DNA of 63,509 nt, the filler included, from Kipferlia bialata (lineage: Eukaryota): the NCBI GenBank assembly GCA_003568945.1. It is 4 parts of 4 records of this genome, joined end to end, with 100 filler letters (N's around TTAATTAATTAA, not from the genome) between each part and the next. Parts side by side here need not be neighbours in the genome. Positions count along the whole stretch, not along the records: positions 1 to 18,543 come from BDIP01000472.1; positions 18,644 to 30,908 come from BDIP01000473.1; 2 more parts are not named here. One strand, given 5' to 3'. Of this stretch, positions 14,273 through 26,109 are shown piece by piece. How positions within the stretch are numbered: position 1 is the stretch's first letter; the number at the start of each line of letters is the position of its first letter. Position numbers and translations under genes: made by a program. A model generated the notes under the pieces. The model was not told the origin of the DNA, did not search any database, and worked only from the letters and a program-made list of their open reading frames with translations.

Positions 14273-15407
14273 GCATGTAGTTTCTATGTATATATATATG
14301 CCTCGAGGCAGAGCTCACGGCACTGGCCAACGCTCTTAGTAACACAGGTTAGCACACATTTCTCTCTCGCTCGCTCTCCGTCTCTCTTTCTCTATTGATT
14401 CGTCTTCTCACTCTTTTCAGAGGCCAATATGGGTCTCTCTGCCCCTCGGTCCCCCATGTCACCTTTCTCTCTATCTCTTTCTCTCTCTCTCCCAATATAT
14501 ATAGATAGATAGATGTCCAATGCCATACCTAACTCCGCAGAAGCTAACATGGGTCTCTCTGCCCCTAGATCCCCCATGTCCCCTGGGGCAGCCAGGCAGT
14601 ATCTGGAGCAGAGTCTCCTTCACAAGTGAGTGTAATGAATGTATATATATATATTAGTATTTATATGTGTATATGTATATATATGAGTACATATCTATGT
14701 ATGTCCACTGGGGCAGCCAGACAGTGTCTGGAGCAGAGTCTGCTGCACAAGTGAGTGTATTATATATATGCACACATTCATATGTATGTATGTGTGCATG
14801 TGTATATGTATGCATTCGTATACATTCTTGATACTCATCCCAGGCTCTCTGTTGCCAACCACTCTCTGGAGAGCATGCGTCTGCAGCTCACAGAGTCAGA
14901 CAGACAGGTATATGCTCTTATATTCTCTCACATTATTATATGATATATACAAGTATACATATATATGTGTATATATGTCATATACATTCAGCTCGCAGAG
15001 TCAGACAGACAGGTGTGTGGATATAGATAGGTAGATAGATGTATTGATACTGACACTAATAGTAAATGAATACGAAGCTATCTCACCCCAGCTGGAGCAG
15101 TCCAAGAGCCGCTACCAGGCCATCAGGGCAGAGTTCCAGGTACATGGAGTGTCTCATTATTTATACATGTATATTATATATATATATATATGTACACTGT
15201 ACATATATATATGTATATATATATATATATATGTGTGTATATATCTTCCAGGCAATCAGGGCAGAGTTCCAGGTATATATTTCAGTGTATATACAATTGT
15301 GTATAATGTGTATACAGTGATATATACACATTCCTACCCATCAGGACAATGCGGCTGACAGGGCCAAGGCCCAGTCCGAGAGGGACACAGCCATGTTCGA
15401 TCTCAGG

Positions 15408-15438
<31 letters not shown>

Positions 15439-17989
15439 CCTTTAGTTTCTTATAGTGGATAGCGGACTATATATGTATGCTGACACCAGCAATGCTCTGG
15501 AGGCTCTGGAGACCCTGGAGGCCGAGAGGGAGAGAGAGACTGCTGCCTGGGAGGAGGAGAGACAGGCTGAGAGGGAGGAGAGAGAGAGAGAGTTAGAGGA
15601 GGCCAGGCAGGAGAGAGAGGCAGAGGTAACGACCGCCATCTATATTGTGGAGTTCTATATAATCATTAACATGTAGATTGAGCAGCACTCCGAGCAGCGT
15701 CTGACTGATGCCGAGTCCCTGATCGCACAGGAGGAGGAGCTGGTGGCACTTAGAGCCAAGCTGGAGGTATATCAATGTATATTTTNNNNNNNNNNNNNNN
15801 NNNNNNNNNNNNNNNNNNNNNNNNNNNNNNNNNNNNNNNNNNNNNNNNNNNNGAGGGCTAAGCTAGAGGTGTAATATATATGATCAATATATAAGTATAT
15901 ATAGTGTATATATATATTCGTGTGATATATTTCTAAACATGAGGAGGAGCTGGTGGCACTTAGAGCCAAGCTAGAGGTATATATATACATACTCACATAT
16001 ACGTTCCGCTATATTATATACTCAGTCTTTTGTCCTAATAAGTGTTTAAGAATTGTACACAGCAACCTATTACCTTGTCCACCGAGGCTGCCCTGCCCTG
16101 TGCCCAGGAGGAGTGTGCATTCATATATATATATATATGAATATAGAGAGAGTTATATACATACATACATATACAGTTAACTCCTAGGATACCGAGGCTG
16201 CCCTCTCCTCTGCCCAGGAGGAGTGTGCCTCCCACAGACACACGGAGGAGACACAGACACAGCACCTGAAGGCAGCTAACGAGGTAGAGTATATATACAG
16301 TGTGACTGTATAAACATATATATACAGTGTGACTATATATAGAGAGAGTGGCATATGTATAGACACACGTAGGAAACACAGACACAGCGCCTGAAGGCTG
16401 CTAATGAGGTAGAGTATATATACTATAGCTACTTCTAGAGAGAGAGGGAGAGAACACCGCGGAGACACAGACACAGCACCTTAAGGCTGCTAATGAGGTG
16501 TACACTGTGTATAGACTATATGGATACTGTAAGTTAATATATGTCTATACTATGTCACTGACATACCTAGGCCCTCGAGGAGCGCCTTGTCCAGATGGAC
16601 GCTGAGCTGGAGGCCACGATGGGAGTACTCAAGGAGAATGAGGAGCAGGTATTGTATTATATAGTTGATGTTTATTAATAGAGAGAGAGAGAGAGAGAGT
16701 ATGAGGAGCAGGTATTGTATATGAATATATATGTAGGGTATTCTTCCTACCTTACCCCAGGGCCAGCGTGACCGTACTCAGTACGACAGTGACCTCAGGG
16801 CCTGTGAGGATGCCAGGGAGAGGGCTGTCGAGAAGGTTGCACACCTCGAGAATGAACTCGAGAAGACCAAGCAGAGGTATACATCTGATACTAATGTATA
16901 TTTTTATATTGTTAATCATTTATATTCTTTATACACTGATTTTTCTATTGATGTATCTATGATTGTTATTGCTCCTGGAGACAGAGCTAGAGAAGACAAA
17001 GCAGAGGTATATATATGTGTGTAAGTATATGGATATATGCCTCTTCTTACCCCAGACTGGGCCTCATGAGGCAGACACTGCTGCAGAGACTGAGGTCCAC
17101 AAAGCCTGCTACTGCTCCTAGGAGAGAGGCCACTCAGGTATAGTACAGTGAAAGATAGAATACAAAGGCTTTAGTATGTAAATTGTGGTGTATATATATT
17201 GTACTGAGTCTACTGCTGCTCCTAGGAGGGAGGCCACATTGGTTGGTATTCCCATTTGTTTAGGAAGTGTGTGACTCTCAGACGAGACTCCTGTATGCAT
17301 GAGTGTACATAATACTCCATCCAATTCTCACCCCTAGGCCCCTGCCCGCCAGTCTGCACCAGTGCAGTCACAGCCGAGGTAAATAGTAATATATATATTA
17401 TAGAAAGAGATATATATAGATAATACATTATGTTAGTGTATGTGCCAGTGCAGTCACAGCCAAGGTGGGTACCTCTATACGTATCTATATTTATTAATAC
17501 ATTTAGTAATATTGATACATATGCAGACTACGAAGTAGCATCTGTGCCTGTCCAGTTCCAGCCAAGGTGGGGTTATATGTAAATGTAAATATTCAGATAT
17601 ATTTGTGTTCCAGCGCACTGTACATACTGCTATGGTACACTATAGGTGTTCATATTAGTATTCTTACCCTAGGCCCAAGTCCCCTGTGACCACTGAGAGG
17701 GTGGTGCATGCCATAGACGCAGAGGGGGGAGACAGGTAGGGGTATTGGTCCCACCTCATATTCATTCTCTCTCTCTCTGCCTCTCTACATATACATATAT
17801 CGCTAACATCTAGGGAGGGTGTCCCCTATGAAATCATGGACTTTGACTTCTCTCTCTCTCTCTATATATATATACATACATGTCTTTAATCTTACCTCCA
17901 GAGAGGGTGTCCCGTATGAGATCATGGACTTTGACTTTGATGGAGACGACACAAACACAATGTCTCTCATGGACCTCGCCAGGGGATAA
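12201..17989 (+). CDS. Long coiled-coil protein (about 19 exons; start exon unresolved)
   Basis: Phase-consistent exons: ASLTALESKHASLNE, NARALQQLKRENEDLKK, AKDDIILEQEDEVTDLKAELTALANALSNT, NALEALETLEAERERE, ALEERLVQMDAELEAT. The last exon EGVPYEIMDFDFDGDDTNTMSLMDLARG ends at TAA 17987-17989. Confidence 0.82.
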
Positions 17990-18002
17990 AGGGTCTAGGG
18001 GG

Positions 18003-18044
<42 letters not shown>

Positions 18045-18543
18045 GATAGAGAGCTCTCTATTGAGACTGGTTGCTGATCTCCATCTCCCCTCTCTCGTTT
18101 AGTGTTATGCACATGTGTCCTTGATGTGCAGTTGTACCACCATAAATATTAATACATACACAGTGGGTATTTGTATGCATTAGGTGTGTTGCACACCTTT
18201 TGACGAAAACAGTGGACAAACTCAAAAAGTTCTCAACCCTTTTTCAATTTGTCATTTGACACATATCTTGCCTGAATCTATGATAGCTTTTCTTCTCTCT
18301 CTTCTTCTATGACTGTCCCCACATCTATCTATATCACTGGTTCATATCGCCAATGCGGAACCTTATTGCTAGAATGAGGCTGAGGGCATGGTTTGGGAGC
18401 GAGTGGACAGCTCTGTTGTTGGTGGGACTAGGTATGATGATGCATTGTATGTACGTGGTATAGTGGAGGACATAACTGGCGATAGTGTCTGTGGAAGCAG
18501 GTGGGGGGGGGGGGGGGGGGAAAAACCCCCAAAAAATTTTTTC

Positions 18544-18642
18544 NNNNNNNNNNNNNNNNNNNNNNNNNNNNNNNNNNNNNNNNNNNNTTAATTAATTAAN
18601 NNNNNNNNNNNNNNNNNNNNNNNNNNNNNNNNNNNNNNNNNN
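18544..18642. other. Artificial contig linker (N run + TTAATTAATTAA + N run)
   Basis: Six-frame-stop spacer flanked by Ns, identical at three places in the window. Confidence 0.95.
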
Positions 18643-18687
18643 NTATACTACACAGTGCATACATACCATTCTTCTAATATGTGTATA

Positions 18688-20860
18688 CCTGCGTCCACTG
18701 CGTTGTGCCACTCACTGGCCAGGGGGCCCTTAAGTAGGTCACCGATGTTCCTGGGTGTTAGATATCCACCATTTCGGTGCAATACAATGGTGATAGTGTA
18801 TATCATTACTATCAATAGTGTACATGTAATGCAGGTGGGCCACTGAGGAGTGTACACCCAGCCCAGCATATACAGTCATACTTTAAATACTGTGACTGTG
18901 TAGGTATGTGTATATACCTTGCCCTCTTAAGCAACTCCACCACAGCCGAGTCTGCCCCATCTGCTGTGCATACATATAGTATACACACAATATATATACA
19001 CTCATAGTGTATACTATATATACGTACCTGGCTCTCTTTAGCAATTCCACCACAGCCGAGTCTGCCCCGTCTGCTGTGCATCTACCCAGTCGGTCGGGCT
19101 CATCCTCAGTGGAGCCTAGGTATCAGGATACAACGCATATATACAAGTAGTCGTTTTGAATGAGTGTATTGATACAATCCAAAGAACATGAGTATGAGTG
19201 GCACTGTTTCGCTGACTTCAATACAAGTAGATAGATAGTCAAGAGTACATTATTATAATCATATACCTAGTAACGATGTGAGTATGAGTGGCTCTGCCTT
19301 GCTTGCTGCCAGTTCACTCAGCCACTGCTCAATGCCCTCAGAGACACCTGGGGGAGTCAGTCACTAATCTAATGAAAACAGTCACTAATATAATGATTAC
19401 ATTCGCTCAGAGACACCTGAGGGTCAGTCACTAATCTAATGGATATATATATAAATATATAGCGCCGCTAGCTAATTGATACTGACACCAATCTACTGGA
19501 TTCTGACTTGGACCCATTGGGAACTAGACCAATTATAATGAGTGCGTTACGGATACCATCGTGTATTGTTACCTAGCCACACGTCAATGTCCAGTTCACT
19601 GGCATAGGTGGCCCCAGCAGGGCCATTCTGACAGGTAAGATAGTCTAGTACAGGAAACTCCATCAGCTAGCAAGAAGTGACATACCATAGGTGTGTATAC
19701 CTCTGTACTACGGATAGCGCATATAAACATGTATATATATGAATGTCTCTGGGCGCGCATACCTCTGTGTGTGATACCGCAGCCACTGTGGTTGCCTCAC
19801 TGCCCCTGACATTAAGGGTGTAGAGAGGGAATACAAAGGGTGTAGAGAGGAATATTGAGGCTATGCACAGAGAGGATGGACAAAGGTACATATACTAGTG
19901 TTGGAATGACCATAACAAGAGTTTAGATACCTATATATACATATACATATACCTAGATACATCTGAAAGTGTTGGTGGGAACTCCACTGTCTTCTGGTGG
20001 GCAGGGGCGGCCTGAGGTTAGTATATATACATAGAGAGAGAGAGAGAGAGATGGAGATGTAACTATATATATATATATAGAGAGAAAGGATACTGTCTTC
20101 TGGTGGGCAGGGGCGGCCTGGGGTCAGTGTATATGAATCTCCGTGTAGAGGAAGATAGAGAGGGAGAGAGAGGGATGCTCCAGTCTTCTGGTGGGCAGGC
20201 TTCATACAGGAAGACAGAGCGTATGTATCTAAGTAGTACCGTTGGAGACACGTGTGTACATAAATTCATGGATATATATATAATACATATGGAGAGAGAT
20301 AGACAGAAATATAGATGGTACCTTTGCAGTTGGTGACACTTGGGTGGACACGGGGACTGGGGTGAGTATAGAACTAGAATCAATCTCTGTATTTGTAGTA
20401 AGTACGTTGGAATAATCATGATCCATCGGCATAATGTACAATTAATGGGTATAGTACCTGGCGTGATGCGTCTCTTGGCCCCTGGGGTGGCACTAGTGCT
20501 CAGCTGGCTCTGGGGGTCAGGTACATACAACCCTATACGTTGTGACTGTACATATAGTATACATGTAAATATCAATACCTTAAGATCCAACAGAGAAGCT
20601 CTGAGAGCACTAATATCATACATTAATATCCACAAATATTTGCAAAGTATCATATAAAATACCTGCACATGCAGTGGCCAGAAGGGGACAGGTCACATAC
20701 ATACACACGCATATATATATATATATATATATATATACGTATATATGTATATATATATAAGTATACTAATACCTGCACGTGTAGGAGTGATGCCCTGACC
20801 GTGGCCAGAAGGGGACAGGTCACATGGAGCAGAGTGGCCTCGCTACATGGTTAGCTAGAT

Positions 20861-20898
<38 letters not shown>

Positions 20899-23800
20899 CA
20901 GGGTTATATAGAGGCAGGAGTAGAAAGAGATATCCACCCAGGTAATTCACCACACAATATCATTATATCTATATATACAAAGAGATATAGATAGGGATGG
21001 AGAGAAGGACACACTACCTAAACACCACGTTCTCACAGACCCTGGGCAGTGACACCCTGTTGACTAAAGGGTCTAGGTAGGCACGGTTGGTGTTTCTCTC
21101 ATAGGCACTGAGGACGGAGCCTATTGGTCAGAGTAACTAATATATCAATACACGTACATATGTGAGACAGTCCCCGAGGCATAACAAGTCACCTTGCAAA
21201 GTACCCTTTCTTAATACATATCCTCATCGCAACAATATTGTGGTCTTAAACAAGTGATTGAATAAACACTCAAAATATATATTCATATCAAAAACAGATT
21301 CATATACTAAGCAACGTGAACCTGTGACATCTCTCTCTGAACTCATATTACTTTTGTACACGTATTCCACTATACATAATGTATACGTATATTTAAACAA
21401 TTCTTGTACCTGTGACATCTCTCTTTGCACTGCTCCGTAAATTATTGATACCTAATGCTATACTTGCAGTAAGTATATATATACACTTAAAGTAAGTAAA
21501 TATATACACTGATATTGTACCTGTGACATCTCTCTTGGCACTGCTCTGGCCTAGAAGGGAGGTGCCCAGGCCTGGTGTGAATACAATATACACATGAAAA
21601 CTATATGCATATATATATAGAGAGAGAGAGAGAGGGAGAGAGAGGGAGACAGAGACAGACAGAGAGAGAGAGAGGTTGCAAAAGCAGGGAGGTGCCCAGG
21701 TCTGGCATTAGAGAGACACCAGTATTCATTAGTAGTAAATATACATATGTCTGCTGTGTAATGTTATATCTGTTAAACGAAGTACCTAGCCTAAGACTGT
21801 CAATCTCTGACAGTAGCACTGCATACTGGACCAGACAGGCACGGGAGGCACCCTGAAGTCATTGGATGGAGGTCATAAGATAAAGGATATGGAAATACTT
21901 ACAGTTATGAGTACTACAACTCTTGAATATGTAACATATAGAGTGACACACAACATAAATACACATATATACTACTACACATATACCTCCTTTGGGTCTC
22001 TCATGTACTCTGACAGGGCACCCAATATATAAACGTGCTATATATATATATATATACATATATATATAAATACTGAATACAGATCATATATTTCACTGAT
22101 ACCTCCTTTGGGTCTCTCATGTACTCTGACAGGGCACATATACATATACTAGTATACATATACATACATATATATTTACACATATACACAAATAAATATA
22201 TATATATATATATATATACGTATACTACTACACACCTCCTTTGGGTCTCTCATGTACTCTGACAGGGCACTCCTAGTGGACACCAGGATGGCCTAGAGTC
22301 ATGCATCAACAATAATTAAGTATCGTATACATAGAAGTGTTCTAACATGCATTGCACTTTAGATATACATATGACAGTGCACTCCTAGTGGAAACCAGGA
22401 TGGCCTAGAGTCAGACACCAAATACTAATTAAGTATAGTATATACATAGCAGTGTTCTAACATGCATTGCACAATATATATACATATGACAGTGCACTCC
22501 TAGTGGACACCAGGATGGCCTAGGAGTGAGATGCATAATATACTATGGTACTGTAAACATATATGGACTAATAAATATATACATAAGACAGGGCACTCCT
22601 AGAGGACACCAGGCCTGAGGGTAAGGATGTATACATATAGCTATACATCCTATGTATACATGAATACGTGATAAGGAGAATATGGCTTCCGGTGGTATTG
22701 GTTAGAGGGACACGATAACCTGTAGACACATTCATATACAAAATACTTCTAGTTGCACCTGCAGTGTTGGGGAAAAGGCCCTCACTCCAAGGGCCCTGTA
22801 CAGCTTGGTCAGGCTGGAGGTGAGAATACATTGATAGTATCAATATACTATAATAATATATTAATAGTAATAAGAGTATATATTAACATATATTAATAAG
22901 GGCCCTGTACAGCTTGGTCAGGCTGAGAGTGAGATACTAAAAGATATATCGTTTGGGTAGCGATATTGCTACTACCACATAATGTGTATTCAGCCCGAAA
23001 CAGTTTTGTCAGGCTGTTACAGTACCTCAGTAGGGCTATGGTGCTTGGGAACCTCATCAGCAGGGCATAGAGGGAGACAGGCAGGGCATCCTGGTCCTGA
23101 CTGAAGGCCTGATACAATGAGACTAATCTACTGGTACCAGAGAGGGAGTATATATACGAGTGTACATGTATACATGTGTATGTGTATACATGTATATATG
23201 TATATACTAATACACATACCTGCAGTGTGCAAGGAAGGGCTCTGAACTGGTCAGACCTAGCTGGGGGTCAGATGTAAACATGTACAAACATTTATGTAAA
23301 AGAGAAGAGTCAAGACTAATCCAACGATCCTGTACATGGTGCAACCATGGGTACACACATACGTATATTTCAATACATAAATACTCACTCTGTCTTGTGA
23401 CTAGTCCAATGATCCTGCACAGGATGCACCCGTGGATGAGGATGTACTGGCCAGTGCTGAGTGTAAGTGGTGTAAACACATATACCCAAAAATAAATGTG
23501 TATATATGTGTATATACAGAGATAGAGAGAGAGAGAGAGAGATGCACACGTGGATGAGGATGTACTGGCCAGTGCTGAGGTCAGCGGTATATAGATAGTA
23601 TAGGGGGGCAGATGGAGAGAGAGAGAGGATCAAAGGATGAGGATGTACTGGCCCAAGTGTTGAGGGATATATATATATATATATATATATATTCATATAT
23701 TCACATATATACCCACCCACCCACATACACACAAACACACATACATATAGATAGAGGGAGAGAAAACCAGGGATCAGAATCAACTGTGTGTTATACGTTC

Positions 23801-26071
23801 CGAAATTGCTTCTCCATCGTGCACCACCCCCATACACACTCAATTGAACATTTCCATAATAGTTGGTATGTAGTATGGTATGTAGTATGGTATGTAGTAT
23901 GGTTGAATGTAGAATGTGTGTCCATACCTAGAGTGCTCTGCCTCTGCCTGTTCCAGTGCCTGAGGTGAGATATGTGAACAAGACAATCCGATTACATATG
24001 AAATATCTGTCTATATATATACATACCAGTCCTCGGCTCCAGTGCCTGACGGTGGAAGACTACACTCATATGTACATAGTATATGAATGGTATATACCCT
24101 CAGTGAGATAATATGTATATACTATACCTGCACTAAACACGTGCACAACTGCACTGTGAGGTCTGATGCAAACCCCTGGTGCAGAGAGGGGGCCAGGCTG
24201 GATATGACACTGAAGAGCCTAGAAGTAAGTTGCAAACATTAGCTAGAGATGCTAAGAAGTAATATATCAATAGAATATGTACACTATTATACATTTGTGT
24301 CTAAATGTGTAATCATGTGGTAGAGAGGGTGCAAGGCTGGATAGGACACTAAAAAAACTGAGGAGTCAGTAAAATACTACTTAGAAGATTCACATAATAT
24401 ATGTACCTATCTGCCGCTGCATCCGTGGCACAGTGCCCATACTCATGTCTAGTGGGACCCATCAGACGCTCCTCCATCAACCTGATGTTAAGGGTGTAGA
24501 GGGAGAGAGAGAGAGAGAGAGAGATGAAGCTCCTCCACCAATATAGCAATAAGGGTGTAGAGGGGGAGAGAGAGAGAGGACTCCTCCATCAACCTGGCAA
24601 GAAGGGTGTAGAGGGAGAGAACCGTGGCGGTGCATCTCTGGATCCAAACAGTATCTATGTAACTGTATACACTCACCTCTTTCTCGACATGGCACTCTGG
24701 TCGATATACTCATTTCTATCTATAATACTAAATACTACTGAATACTACTAAATACTACTAAATACCACTGTATACACTCACCTCTTCCTCGACATGGCAC
24801 TCTGACCGCCCTCGCTGTCTGGTGGTCAATAAGAGTCAACAGGAGATATACATACTTGACAATGACAGGGCTGCCCTGTGCGTCTCTGCCACCAGTCTCT
24901 CTCTCTCTCCCTCTCTCTCTCTCTATATATATATATATACATACCTAGAAGTGATATGGCCGCCCTGTGTGTCTCTGCCACCAGTCTCTCTCTCTCTCTC
25001 TCTCTCTCTATGTGTATATATATATATAAATATACTTATATACCTAACAGTGATATGGCTGCCCTGTGTGTCTCTGCCACCAGTGTCTGTATCACGGCAT
25101 TGGACCACTGGAGAGTGTCCTAGATATTATGGGAGTGGAGAGAGAGAGAGAGAGAGAGAGGAGTAATGTTGTCAGTATATAGAGGGAAGAGAGAGAGAGA
25201 GGTAATGTTAGACCACTGGAGAGTATCCTAGAATATAGAGGGAAGAGGGAGAGAGCGGAAGTAAGATATACCTCATTAGTGGTAGAAGCACTATTGTATG
25301 AGTATAAAGATCCTAACCTGCATCTTGAGTCTCAGCAGGATGAGGGACCTCTTCTCAGGGTCCTGGGGGGTGAGTGACAATAATACATTCATGTATATAT
25401 GAATAATAATAATAATGTGTATATATATATATACACGTCTAAACCCTTCTCTGGTCCTGGTGAGTGAAATCTCCCATTGAACTACAAATGTGTATACCAT
25501 ATAGGTAGCAAAGAGACACAGTTATACCTCCATTCTGCATGCCCCAGCCACCAGTCTGACCTCACTGTCAAGGGCACGGGTCATCCTAGGGTAAGGGTAT
25601 ATATATATATACACCATATAGCACACGTCTACTATCACTCTATATATCTCTTTGACCCGACTGTCAAGGGTCATCATCGGGTGTTACGACCAAACACATA
25701 TACGATAATACTACTAATGAATTTGTATATTATAGATTTGTATATACATATGAATATAGACCTCACTGTCAATGGCACGCGTCACCAAGCGAGATAAGGC
25801 AAAGGGGAATACAAATATACATATATAGTGGAGTACATAGAATACACATTTATACAACGTCAAGGGAACGGGTCATGCCAGGGGGTTAGCACTCATCTGA
25901 ATTCAATTCACAAATATTCATTAGCCAGATATATATATACATATATATATTTATTCATATATCGCAAGTGAACTCTCTGTACCTAGGTAGGGTCGGCACT
26001 TGGTAGAACCTCCTCATATACATTACAAACCACGAAACAACAATAGTGAATATATAAGTTGTAGTTATACC

Positions 26072-26109
<38 letters not shown>

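Noticed and set aside
18388..18503. Possible gene start MVWERVDSSVVGGTRY...
   Set aside because: It is short, cut by the contig end and has no recognisable motif.
18588..18599. TTAATTAATTAA palindrome repeated three times in the window
   Set aside because: It is an artificial six-frame-stop linker between contigs, so gene adjacency across it is meaningless.
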